Assembly (NCBI RefSeq): GCF_018350175.1
Contig: NC_058368.1
Span: forward strand, 165,604,001 to 165,668,000
Reading direction: 5' to 3'
DNA length: 64,000 bases
Source: Felis catus
Lineage: Eukaryota
The position numbers were made by a program, and so were the translations under genes. The notes under the pieces are model-generated. The model searched no databases and was not told the origin of the DNA. It saw nothing but the letters and a program-made list of their open reading frames with translations. How positions within the stretch are numbered: the first letter of the stretch is position 1; every line of letters starts with the position of its first letter. Shown here piece after piece: positions 1-12,641 of this stretch.

Positions 1-1261
1 AAGTATAGGATAGAAAGTGATATCCAAGGATAGTTGTTCATTTCCCATCATCACTGTGAACAGGAAAATAATAATTTACAATGACAAAATAAAATAAACA
101 ATTACTGATAGTTGTCTTTTTCCTTTCATATAAGCTTTGAAATCTATATAAAATATGGATTCTTGCTACAACAAGAAATATTCAGGTTGCTCATAAGAAA
201 CAAGGTACCTTGTAGAATAGAAGGAGCCTCTAAATATCCTAGCAACTCCTATCATTTTAATAAGACAATTTTAATATCATTAGAATATTTACTGTTACTT
301 TAGTCAGAGTAGTAAATTCAAAGCAGGATTCCAAAATAATGTAAGCAGATCATTACTATCATTGAGATATTTTAGGAGAGTAGGGGGAAGAAAAGGATCT
401 CCTGATGCCTAATCAGCTCCATGCTTTGTCATAGAAGAGCATCACCTGGACCCCTGAGGATGCTGGATAATCACACTAATGAATATAAGAGTGTGTGTTG
501 CAAAGTTAGCAAAAATACACTTTTAGAGGAAAATTTACCCTGTAGCTTAATTAACATTCTGAAAAAAATGATTTAGCAGGAAAACAATATATTGAGAACC
601 TCTATTACATAGAAACAGGGTGTTTCTTTGCCTTCAGCTAGTGGCATATCTCATTAAAAGTAAAGAATGAACAAAGCATAGTAAAAGGGTATAAAGGAGT
701 CTTTCAGATCTTAAAACTTGGTTTTTCCATAGCTTATCGTAGAAATTTTCAACTCGATAATCAAGGGTAAGAATTGACAAATACCTATCAGAAAATTTAG
801 ACACAAGGCTACAAGCTGCTGCGCATTATCTAACCACATTACAGCATTCAGGCATAAACTACATGTTATGGCATTCCTTCAACAACCATTTTAGACTTTT
901 CTTTTGATGCTTTTGTGTTTCTGTTTGCTCTAGGAACACTGACTAGGCTACTCACCTGTTGCTTAAATCAGTGTTAAGTATTAGGAAATCTCTAAATAGC
1001 CTAGAGTGAAGACAGAATTTGGATCAGAATCTGATTCATATTTTAGTTGCATTATCGCTAGTCTTTATGTGTCTAGACATCTATATTCTACATCAATCTT
1101 TGCTAGTTTAAACTGTGATAATTCTCACTGTCTCATCTATTCCGTAAGTACCCATTATTGGTGGTAATGATAACCTCATCCTGGGTGATTACTGATAATA
1201 AACAGAAAATTAAATTATATTAAATTCAAGTCAGGATTAATGAATGTATAGAATTATTAAA

Positions 1262-1860
1262 ATGTATTTACTCATTTATATATTTATTCAGCAACTGTTT
1301 AGGTATGTTTACTTTATCCTATTCCTGAAATTAGGAAGGGAGGAATAACAAGATATAGGATTTAAACATAAGCCACCTGGAAGGTTCCATTCTATAGTCA
1401 GGGATAGCAGACAAGTCAAATAGTCAAACAAACAACCCAGGCAGAGAAAAAAATGTATGGGCATAGGCCCTAATGTAGAAAATGACCTGTAAGATGAATA
1501 GAAAGGAAGATGATATTGATGAAATATAATTATCAGGAGAGAATGTGGTATATAAAGTGAGGTATGAGAATCACACAGGGGCCAGACCATGAAGGACATT
1601 CATTACAGACTATGTAAAAGACTTGTTGCTTCAACAAACCCAGTGGGAAACTACAGAAAAGTTTTAATCAGGTATTTTTAAAGGTGCCGGATAAAGTACT
1701 GCGGATAGGGTGGTGGGTAAAACTTGAAAGCATAGATTTAAGAGATTATGGTGATTGTAAAGAAAAGAGATGAGAGCTTCTAGGAGAGGGATAGTGGTTA
1801 TCCAATGTAAAAAGTAAATATTTTTGAGATAAACTTGTAAGTAGAAATATTAGGGGAATC
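1262..1860 (-). mobile_element. Degraded L2 LINE 3' fragment
   Basis: Starts with an L2-tail-like atttactcatttatatatttattcagcaac and continues into purine-rich sequence typical of antisense L2; boundaries approximate. Confidence 0.5.
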
Positions 1861-1909
1861 AAGAACATTGCCATAGACCTTATTAATATTTAAAATTGCT
1901 GCTCTTCAT

Positions 1910-3155
1910 AAGACATTATTGAGAGAATGAAAGGACAAACTACTTGAAAATGATATACTTGATAAGGAACTTATATTGAAATACAACACAATCAAAATTC
2001 AATAATAACAAAACAAACAACAACGAAAATTGGGCATAATTTAATTCAGTTGTTAAATAATTTAATAACTTCAAAGAATATGTATGGATCACAAATCTGG
2101 ACATGAAAAATCTAAACATCATTAGCCATTAGAAAAATGCAGAATAAAACTATGATGAGATACCACCAATCACCTATAAAATTGGCTTATATTAAAAAGC
2201 CTGACCATATCAAGTGCTTGCAAGGATGTGGAGGAAAAGGACCTTTCATAAGACTCATGGTAGGAATGCAAAATATTAGAGCCACTCTGGAAAACAGTTT
2301 GATAGCTTCTTAAAAATACAAAAAAAAATTCAGGGGTGCTTTCAGGGGTGCCTGGGCAGCTCAGTCGGTTAAGCATCTGATTTCATCTCAGGTCAAGGTC
2401 TCACGACTCATGAGTTTGAGCCCCACGTCGGGCTCTGGGTGACAGCTCAGAGCCTGGAGCCTGCTTCAGATTCTGTGTCTCCCTTTTTCTCTGCCCCTTC
2501 CTCTGCTCCCCACCATGTTCTGTCTCTCTGTCTCTCAAAAATAAATAAACATTAAAAAACATGCAGCTTCCATATGATCTAACTTTCTCACTCTCAGCTA
2601 TATTTACCCAAGAAAATGAAAAAATGAAAATTTATGTTCATACAAAAATGGATACACAGGTGTTCACAGCAGCTTTTTTTTGTAATAATCCAAAACGTTA
2701 AATAACTCAAATATTCACCAACAGATGAATGGATAAATAAATTGTGCTATGTTCACATAGTGTGATAAGACTCATTAAAGCAATATACAAATCATTGATG
2801 TGTGCAATGTGGGTGAATTATGAAATAATAATGTTGTGTGAGAGAAGTCTACATAAAGGAGCTTATACTGTATGCTTCCATTTACATAAAATTCTAGAAA
2901 ATGCAAAGCAGTTTGTAGTGACAGATGCAGATCAGTTGCCTTGAGACAGGGATGAGAGCTGGGAGAGATGGTTGGGAAGGGATGAGAAAGAGAGATTATG
3001 AAGGGCAGTGAGGAGTCTTTTGAGTGATGTATGTGTTTATTATCTTGTTTGTGGTGATGCTTTTGAAGATATATTCAAATGTGAAAACTAGTCAAATGAT
3101 ACACTTTGTACATGCTGACTTTATTGTATATTAAGTATGCTCTTAAGAAAAAGAA
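1910..3155 (+). mobile_element. Old L1M (L1MC/L1ME-like) 3' end, interrupted by a SINE
   Basis: L1 ORF2 C-terminal and 3'UTR motifs: aaaatgcagaataaaactatgatgagataccac, gccactctggaaaacagtttg, acagatgaatggataaataaattgtg, ccatttacataaaattctagaaaatgcaaa. Confidence 0.75.
2345..2559 (+). mobile_element. Can-SINE (SINEC, tRNA-derived)
   Basis: ggggtgcctgggcagctcagtcggttaagc head, CT-rich tract, aaaaataaataaacattaaaaaa tail. Confidence 0.95.
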
Positions 3156-3439
3156 ACAATACCTATATTTGGCCTTCAGCAAATGAGTAGATTATGTTGG
3201 CAGTTTCTAAATTGAGATAGAAAAATATTTGGCAATGAGAATCACAAGGTACTTTACTAGGCATAGAAATAACATCTCGCGGCATGCCCTACCTAAGTAA
3301 GACCATAACCTTCCACTTGAAATCAAACTTTGGAAACTATTTTCCTTTGCTCTTTTTCTAACTGATGGATTCTTGACATCTTGACCTTTAATATCTATTA
3401 TCTCTCATATTATTCCTAGACATCCCTTAGTTTACAAGA

Positions 3440-3850
3440 TTTAAAGATTCTTTTGATGACAGGGCACATCACAATGACATTCAGATAGATGAAAGGTAAA
3501 ACTCCAAAACAGAGATGGTGCCAGGCAGGATCACACAGAGGGTTGTACTTGAGGACAGAGTAAAAGGAAGCTAGAGCTGTTGGGGGTAAATCAGGTGGGA
3601 TTAATGGGTTTGGGGAGGTTTCCTGTGGAATGGCTAGTTTAAATGTCTGGGGTGTAAGAAGGTGCTTTACCTCTTTGTCTGATACTTGGTCTTAAGGGCA
3701 ATTATGGTTAACATGGTGGTCCTGGAGTATGTGTCTGATAAGTAAAGGGGCTGGGGTGAGGACTTACTTACTCAAGAATGGGAACTGACTAGCCTCTAGC
3801 CAGGGTCAAAAAACCGGGTCAAGACAACATTTCCCCCCAAACTATATTTC
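3440..3850. mobile_element. Possible old ERVL-type solo LTR (MER68/MER21-like)
   Basis: GC-richer island with gaatggctagtttaaatgtctgggg and ttgtctgatacttggtc resembling recalled LTR consensus; family uncertain. Confidence 0.3.
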
Positions 3851-5700
3851 ATCCCTGCCTGCTCTGTGACTTATCTTTTCCAGCTCTTCATGACTTCTAC
3901 TTCTTAATTTCCATTTTAACCAAATTCCATTCCTCAGACTCAATTTCATAATGCCCATCCTTTTTCAAAGTTTACCCATTCATTGTACATGCTTTGTTTC
4001 TATAACCTGAAAATGGATATTTGGAGGCCAGGTTAAAATGCCTCAGAAGGCACATATAAAGAAAACTTAAGTCACACAAATTAATTATGGTTTTTGACTT
4101 AGAAATCTTATAAATATGCAATTTTGAAAAGCTAAAATGGAATATAACTTAAAATATGCCATTTCTCCTTTAGTTGTGGCATCAAATAATCTTTATGGAA
4201 AATTCTCTAAGCATAAATTCAACATATACTGTCTCTCCTTTTCTTTTACTATGGACCATGATGTAACTGAATTGTTTTAGTAGAAACCAAAATGAAAGTA
4301 GAAAATTTATTGGAACTGAATTTATGACAGAATATTTATTGTTAAAACCACTAAGCACTGGCTGATCATCAGGCACTAAGCATTAGCACTCAGTAAAGTT
4401 CTGGAAAATTCTAGCACACAGCAGCTTAAGTTATGCTAAGTCATTCTAAGAAGCTATTCATTCAGATAGGATTAGCTAATCTATCCCAGTCTCCCACTCC
4501 TTTCTCTACTATACCTCTACACTTTTTATACTCACAACAGTTGATTGATTTATTATAATTAGGCTTATAAAGAACCAATTCATTTGAAAGCCAAGAATCT
4601 AAAACCAGAAATACTAAAAAGTAATCAGATTTGAGTCACCCACAATTCCTTTGCTCAGTGACCAAAGAGGCTCTTAAAGGTAAACAATGAATATTGGTTA
4701 GCTTAGGTTCAAGTAAGACATTTGATACCTAGAGAAAAATAAGCAGGAGAGTGAATAAAGCAGTAGTCACATTTCTGAAGAATGAAATCAGTAGATTGCA
4801 AGTGACAGGTTCAATTACTGGTCCATGGACCACTGACACATCTGCCTTAAACTCTGAGGAATGGGCAGTGGGAAAAGGATGAATAACTCTTAAGATTTAG
4901 AGAAAATATGTAACCACTCAGGCAGAAAATTAGCAATTACATTTCGTGCCATCAGTAATAACTATTTCAACAGAGATCTTAGGTTAACGTCAGACTGTGT
5001 GACAGTATATCAACCATTACACCTGTGTTCAATCAGCAACCACATCCCTCAATGCGATACTGAGCTGTTTAGTTCAAATGTGGCTTGTTCAGTGATAAGC
5101 AAGATGGCTGACATCTGGTACAGAAGTATTCAAAAGCAATTTACTTCACAATTTTGATGCTGACTGTTGAAAAGAGAAAAATACTATAAAATTTAGACAG
5201 TTGTGATTTGTCTTTAGGTTTTCTTTTGATTTTTCTTTTTAGTAATGAAAAAAATGACAATTTTAACTGAAGATTAAAGCTCCAAACTATATCAGTAAGA
5301 ACTTCTTAGAGTGAAATCCTTCAGATATCCAGCTAAATAAAATATCATCTTTAATAAGTATAAATGCATGGTATTGTTTATGTGTTCTTGAGTAAACAAG
5401 TAAAACAACAGATGGCATATTAAAATAGAAATGGAAAATATGAACTTACAATTAGCATATTACTTTTTGTAATGTTCTCAGTTTAAATTGCGTCTGACAT
5501 TACAGAACTAACCAATAATTTTTTTAAGTGTCTTGCTTATTGAAAATATAACATGAGGATAATAAGAGACTTTTTACCAAGAGATAAATATAATTAACTT
5601 ACCCACAAGTCTTATTATACTTTTTTTATTTTATATTTTTTTCTTATAATTTTACCCCAAGTAAGAGCTAAATAAAAATAAATTAAAAAGTCAAAAACAA

Positions 5701-5744
5701 AATGTAAGTAATGTAATGTAATGTAAATGTAATGTAAAATGTAA
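5701..5744. repeat. (AATGT)n imperfect pentamer repeat
   Basis: aatgtaagtaatgtaatgtaatgtaaatgtaatgtaaaatgtaa read directly. Confidence 0.85.
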
Positions 5745-5846
5745 ACAGTCAGAAAATCATAACATAAAAATACCTTTAAGAATATTGCTTAGTAGAGTTA
5801 AATGAGTATATCTAATCAAAAAATGTATTTGAAAATACCTTAATAG

Positions 5847-6773
5847 GTGGAGCGGGGAAGATGGTGGCATAGGAGGACACTGGGCTCACTGCGTCCTGCT
5901 GATCACTTAGATTCTACCCACATCAGCCTAAATAATCCAGAAAAACGCCAGAAGACTATCAGAACGGACTCTCCAGAGCCAAGCATAGATGAGCGGTCCA
6001 CAGAAGATGGTAGGAAGGGCAGAGAGGTGGTGCGAGCTACATGGACTGGCAGGAGGGAGCCAGGGCAGTGGAGAGACAGCCTGCCCAGCAGGGCAGAGCC
6101 CCTGGCTTGCAAAAGCAGAGGGCCCAGACAGAGTGTGTTCTGACAGCCTGCAGGACTTAACATCTGGAATATTATAAGTCAACAGCTATGCTCAGAGAGC
6201 AGAAGGGCTAGTAGAAAATGGGAGGGAGAGTTGTTGAGCCCCGGAGGACAGAACTAAGCTTGGCGGGGAACAAAGGCACTGGGAAGCGCCATCTCCCTCG
6301 CCCATCCCCCAGCCAAAATCCCAAAGGAAACCAGTTCCTGTCAGGGAACTTGCTTGCACCACGCAAACACCTAACGCTGTGCTTCTGTGGATCCATCCCT
6401 CCGAGGGGTCTGCCTCCCTCCCAGAGCCACAGGGCCCTTCCTGCAGTGGACCACCCAAGGCATAGCTAGCTGAGCCTGCTCCTCCTGCCCCTATGCACCT
6501 TGCGGATCCACACCAGCTAATATGCCAAATCCCATAGAAGCAGCACCACAAGCCTGACAGTGTGCAAGTAGCCCAGACAGGGACCACAACACTCCACAGT
6601 GAGTCCTGCCTCTGGGAGAGGGGAAGGGAAGGTACACACCAGTCTGACTGTGGCCCCAGCGGTGGGCTTGGGGCAGACTCAGGTCTGACTGCGGCCCACC
6701 CACCAACACAAGTTACTCCAGACAGCACAGGGGAAGTGCCTGCAATTTGGAGTCACCTCAGGGGCTACCCAAA
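5847..6773 (+). promoter_or_regulatory. L1 5'UTR internal promoter with decayed YY1-type motif
   Basis: GC-rich ~930 bp before ORF1; aagatggtgg at 5858-5867 is the AAGATGGCGG YY1 motif with a CpG transition. Confidence 0.75.
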
Positions 6774-7664
6774 ATGATGAAACGGAAGATTTCTCCTCAA
6801 AAGAAACTACAGGAAATAGCGACAGCTAACATATTGATCAAAAACGATTTAACAATATAACAGAAAATGAATTTAAATTAATAGTCATAAAATTAATCTC
6901 TGGGCTTGAAAAAAGTATAGAGGACAGCAGAGAATCTATTGCTACAGAGATCAAGGGACTAAGAAACAGTCAGGAGGAGCTAAACAATGCAATAAATGAG
7001 GTGCAAAATAAAATGGAGGCGACCACAGCTCGGGTTGAAGAGGCAGAGGGGAGAATAGGTGAAGCAGAAGATAAAATTATGGAAAAAGAGGAAGCTGAGA
7101 AAAAGAGAGATAAAAAAAATCCAGGAGTATGAGGGGAGAATTAGAGAACTAAGTGATGTGATGAAACACAAGAATATCCATATAACAGGGATTCCAGAGG
7201 AGGAAGAGAGAGAGAAAAAGGGGCTGAAGGTGTACTTGAACAAATCGTAGTTGATAACTTCCTGACCTGGGGAAGGAAACAGGCATTGAAATCCAAGAGG
7301 CACAGAGAACTCCCTTCAGACGTAACTTGAATTGATCTTCTGCACACCATATCATAGTGAAACTGGCAAAATACAAGGATAAAGAAAGAATTATTAAAGC
7401 AGCTAGGGATAAACAGGTCTTACCATACAAAGACGCATAAGGGTGTTAGCAGACCTATCTACTGAAACTTGGCAGGCCAGAAAGGATTGGCAGGAAATCT
7501 TCAATGTGATGAACAGAAAAAATATGCAGCTGAGAATCCTTTATCCAGCAAGTCTGTCATTCAGAATAGAAGGAGAGATAAAGGTCTTCCCAAACAAACA
7601 AAAACTGAAGCAATTCACCACCACTAATCCGGCCCTACAAGAGATCCTAAGGGGGATCCTGTGA
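6774..7664 (+). pseudogene. L1 ORF1p remnant (copy A), frameshifted
   Basis: ATG 6774; fragments EYEGRIRELSD..NIHITGIPEEEE and [36 protein letters not shown]. Confidence 0.9.
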
Positions 7665-7714
7665 GACAAACTACCAGAGACATCACTACAAGCATGAAAC
7701 CTATAGACATCACA

Positions 7715-10700
7715 ATGATTCTAAACCCATATTTTTCAAAAATAACACTGAATGTAAATGGACTAAATGCTGCAATCAAAAGACACAGGGTATGATAATG
7801 GATAAAAAAACAAGACCCATCTATTTGCTGTCCACAGGAGACTCATTTTAGACCTGAGGACACCTTCAGATTGAAAGTAAGGGGAAGGAGAACTATCTAT
7901 CATGCTACTGGAAGTCAAAAGAAAGCTGGAGTAGCCATACTTATATCAGACAAACTAGACTTTAAATTAAAGGCTGTAACAAGAGATGAAGAAGGGCATT
8001 ATATAATAATTACAGGGTCCATACATCAGGATGAACTAACAATTATAAATGTCTATGAACTGAATACGGGAGCCCCCAAATATATAAAACAATTACAAAC
8101 ATAAGCAACCTTATTGATAAAATGTGGTAATTGCAGGGTCTTTGACACTCCACTTACCACAATGGATAGATCATCTAGATACAGGATCAATAAAGAAACA
8201 ATGGCCCTGAATGATACATTGGATCAGATGGACTTGACAGATATATTTAGAACTCTGCATCCCAAAGCAACAGAATATACTTTCTCCTCAAGTGCACATG
8301 AAACATTCTCCAAGATATATCACATACTGGGTCACAAAACAGCCCTTCATAAGAAGACAAGAATTGAAATCATACCATGCATAGTTTCAGACCACAATGC
8401 TATGAAGCTTGAAATCAACCACAGGAAAAAGTCTGGAAAACGTCCAAAAGCGTGGAGGTTAAAGAACACCCTACTAAAGAATGAATGGGTCAACCAGGTA
8501 ATTAGAGAAGTAATTTAAAAATATATGGAAACAAACGAAAATGAAATTACGACAATTCAAACTCTTTGGGATGCAGCGAAGGCAGTCCTGAGAGTAAAAT
8601 ACATTGCAATCCAGGCCTATCTCAAGAAACAAGAAAAATCCCAAATACAAAATCTAACAGCACACCTAAAGGAAACAGAAGCAAAACAGCAAAGACACCC
8701 CAAACCCAGCAGAAGAAGAGAAATAATAAAGATCAGATCAGAAATAAACAATATAGATTCTAAAAAAACTGTAGAACAGATCAAGGAAACCCAGAGTTTT
8801 TTTTTTTTTTTAATAAACAAAATTGATAAACCTCTAGCCAGGCTTCTCAAAAAGAAAAGGGAGATGACCCAAATAGATAAAATCATGAATGAAAATGGAA
8901 AGATTACAACCAATCCCTCAGAGATACAAGCAATTATCAGGGAATACTACGAAAAATTATATGGCAACAAACTGGACAAACTGAAAGAAATGGACAAATT
9001 CCTAAACACCCACACACTTCCAAAACTCAAACAGGAAGAAATAGAAAGCTTGAACAGACCCATAACCAGCAAAGAAATTGAATCAGTCATCAAAAATCTC
9101 CCAACAAATAAGAGTCCAAGACCAGATGGCTTCCCAGGGGAATTTTACCAGACATTTATAGCAGAGATAATACCTATCCTTCTTAAGCTATTCCAAAAAA
9201 TAGAAAGGGAAAGAAAACTTCCAGACTCATTCTATGAAGCCAGCATTACTTTGATTCCTAAACCAGACAGAGACCCAGTAAAAAAAGAGAACTACAGGCC
9301 AATATCCCTGATGAATATGGATGCAAAAATTCTCAATAAGATACTAGCAAATCGAATTCAATGGCATATAAAAAGAATTATTCACCATGATCAAGTGGGA
9401 TTCATTCCTGGGATGCAGGGCTGGTTCCACATTCGCAAATCAATCAGTGTGAGACATCACATTAATAAAAGAAAAGATAAGAACCATATGATCCTGTCAA
9501 TTGATGCAGAAAAAGCATTTGACAAAATTCAGCATGATTTCTTAATAAAAACCCTCGAGAAAGTCGGGATAGAAGGAACATACTTAAACATCATAAAAGC
9601 CATTTATGAAAAGCCCACAGCTAATATCATCCTCAATGGAGAAAAAATGAGAGCATTCTCCCTGAGATCTGGAACACGATAGGGATGCCCACTCTCACCG
9701 CTGTTGTTTAACATAGTGTTGGAAGTGTAGCAGCAGCAATCAGACAACAAAAGGAAATCAAAGGCACCAAAATTGGCAAAGATGAAGTCAAGATTTCATT
9801 TTTGCAGATGACATATTATACATAGAAAACCCAATAGACTCCATCAGAAGTCTGCTAGAACTGATACATGAATCCAGCAAAGTCGTAGGATAGAAAATCA
9901 ATGTACAGAAATCAGTTGCATTCTTATACACTAAAAATGAAGCAACAGAAAGACAAATAAAGAAACTGATCCCATTCACAATTGCACCAGGAAACATAAA
10001 ATACCTAGGGATAAATCTAACCAAAGATGTAAAAGATCTGTATGCTGAAAACTTTAGAAAGCTTATGAAGGAAATTGAAGAAGATATAAAGAAATGGAAA
10101 AACACTCCATGTTCATGGATTGGAAGAATAAATACTGTGAAAATGTCAATACTACCCAAAGCTATCTACATATTCAATGCAATCCCAATCAAAATTGCAC
10201 CAGCATTCTTCTCAAAGCTAGAACAAGCAACCCTAAAATTTGTATGGAACCACAAAAGCCCCGAATAGCCAAAGTAATTTTGAAGAAGACCAAAGTGGGA
10301 GGCATCACAACCCAGACTTTAGCCTCTACTACAAAGCTGTAATCATCAGGAAAGCATGGTATTGGCACAAAAACAGACACATAGACCAATGGAATAGAAT
10401 AGAAACCCCAGACTAGACCCAAAAAATTATGGCCAACTAATCTTTGACAAAGCAGGAAAGAATATCCGAGGGAAAAATGTCTCTTTAAATTTTTTTTTCA
10501 ATGTTTATTTATTTTTGGGACAGAGAGAGACAGAGCATGAACGGGGGAGGAGCAGAGAGAGAGGGAGACACAGAATCGGAAACAGGCTCCAGGCTCTGAG
10601 CCATCAGCCCAGAGCCCGACGCGGGGCTCGAACTCCTGGACCGCGAGATCGTGACCTGGCTGAAGTCGGACACTTAACCGACTGCGCCACCCAGGCGCCC

Positions 10701-11744
10701 CAAAAATGTCTCTTTAACAAATGGTGCTGGGAGAACTGGACAGCAACATGCAGAAGGATGAAACGAGACCACTTTTCTCACACCATTCACAAAAACAAAC
10801 TCAAAATGGATAAAGGGCCTGAATGTGAGACAGGAAACCATCAAAACCCTAGAGGAGAAAGCAGGAAAAAAGCTTCCTGACCTCAGCCGCAGCAATTTCT
10901 TACTTGACACATCCCCAAAGGCAAGGGAATTAAAAGCAAAAATGAACTATTGGGACCTCATGAAGATAAAAAGCTACTGCACTGCAAAGGGAACAATCAA
11001 TAAAACTAAAAGGCAACAAACAGAATGGGAAAAGATATTTGCAAATGACATATTGGACAAAAGGCTAGTATCCAAAATCTATAAAGAGCTCACCAAACTC
11101 CACACCCGAAAAACAAATAACCCAGTGAAGAAATGGGCAGAAACATGAATAGACATTTCTCTAAAGAAGACATCCAGATGGCCAACAGGCACATGAAAAG
11201 ATGCTCAATGTTGCTCCTCATCAGGGAAATACAATACAAAACCACACTCAGATATCACCTCATGCCAATCAGAGTGGCTAAAAGGAACAAATCAGCAGAC
11301 TATAGATGCTGGCAAGGATGTGGAGAAACGGGAACCCTCTTGCACTGTTGGTGGGAATGCAAACTGGTGCAGCCGCTCTGGAAAACAGTGTGGAGGTTCC
11401 TCAAAAAATTAAAAATAGACCTAACCTATGACCCAGCAGTAGCACTGCTAGGAATTTACCCAAGGGATACAGTACTGACGCATAGGGCCACTTGTACCCC
11501 AATGTTTATAGCAGCACTGTCAATAATAGACAAATAATGGAAAAAGCCTAAATTTCCATCAACTGATGAATGGATAATGAAATTGTGGTTTATATACACA
11601 ATGGAATACTACGTGGCAATGAGAAAAAATGAAATATGGCCCTTTGTAGCAACGTGGATGAAACTGGAGAGTGTGATCCTAAGTGAAATAAGCCATACAG
11701 AGAAAGATAGATACCATATGTGTTCACTCTTATGTGGATCCTGA
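7715..11744 (+). pseudogene. L1 ORF2p remnant (endonuclease, reverse transcriptase, C-terminal domain), copy A
   Basis: [59 protein letters not shown] at ~9801, HCWWECK; several stops and frameshifts plus a SINE insertion. Confidence 0.95.
10489..10701 (-). mobile_element. Young SINEC_Fc-type SINE inserted in L1 ORF2
   Basis: CpG-rich complete SINE; perfect 16 bp TSD aaaaatgtctctttaa at 10473-10488 and 10702-10717. Confidence 0.97.
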
Positions 11745-12590
11745 GAAACTAACAGAAACCCACGGGGGAGGGGAAGGAAAAAAAAAAGAGGTTCGAGTGG
11801 GAGAGAGCCAAAGCGTAAGAGACTCTTCAAAACTGAGAACAAACTGAGGGTCGATGGGGGGTGGGAGTGAGGGGAGGGTGGGTGATACGTATTGAGGAGG
11901 GCACCTTTTGGGATGAGTACTGGGTATTGTATGAAACCAATTTGACAATAAATTTCATATTAAAAAATTAAATTAAAAAAATTAAAATTAAATGAAATTA
12001 AATTATATAAAATTTAATTTAATTTAAAAAATACCTTAACAGAGATAAGATCTTATTCCTGATTGTTCAGGTACACAAGCCAAATATACATCATGGTACA
12101 GTGTGTCATACTAGTTATAAACTTTTTAAAATATTTTTGGGTAAAAGCAAACAAACTGAATTGTCTTTAATTAAATTAGATGAATTTTATTATGAACTTT
12201 ATTATTATAACATCAAATTCATGTTATTGAACCCTCAGACCTAAAAGAGATTTCTCAACTGATTAAACTATTCTAATATAACACATATTCATTTTATTAT
12301 AATTTGTTATGGCTAGTGTCAATTCAATAATATAAGTGTTCTTGTATAACATATATAAGTTCACATATAATAACATAATACATACAGTATATATGTATGA
12401 TACAATATATCGTATATTATATGCATGATATATCTGCTTAATAAACAAAATATAGGTATCTTTGTCTGCCTTTCAACAAATTATCATGAAAGAGGAGAGA
12501 GAATTATTCTTAAAGGGCCTTCAAGAATTGTCCTTGAAGCCAACCACTTGTTTGCTCATGTGTGACTCTCTCATGTTTAATTCTGAACGA

Positions 12591-12592
<2 letters not shown>

Positions 12593-12636
<44 letters not shown>

Positions 12637-12641
12637 ACACA
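12593..12641. repeat. (CA)n microsatellite
   Basis: Direct dinucleotide run with one interruption. Confidence 0.95.

Larger units (their letters stand above)
5847..12027 (+). mobile_element. Full-length felid LINE-1 (copy A), inactivated
   Basis: GC-rich 5'UTR, ORF1, ORF2, G-rich 3'UTR and A/T tail; 15 bp TSD aaaataccttaa[t/c]ag at 5832-5846 and 12028-12042. Confidence 0.97.

Noticed and set aside
2345..2430. tRNA-like A/B boxes in SINE heads as tRNA genes
   Set aside because: They are the tRNA-derived heads of Can-SINEs, followed by CT tracts and A tails.
6192..6728. Antisense 5'UTR ORFs (also 28570-29016) as an ORF0-like product
   Set aside because: Non-ATG starts, different ends in the two copies, and long open frames are expected in GC-rich UTR; shared peptide simply reflects nucleotide homology.
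8525..9682. 385 aa ORF as a functional reverse transcriptase gene
   Set aside because: It is a fragment of L1 ORF2 bounded by premature stops and ends before the FADD catalytic motif.
11855..11885. G-quadruplex-like tracts (also ~32900 and ~36140)
   Set aside because: Standard G-rich tract of the L1 3'UTR; not novel.
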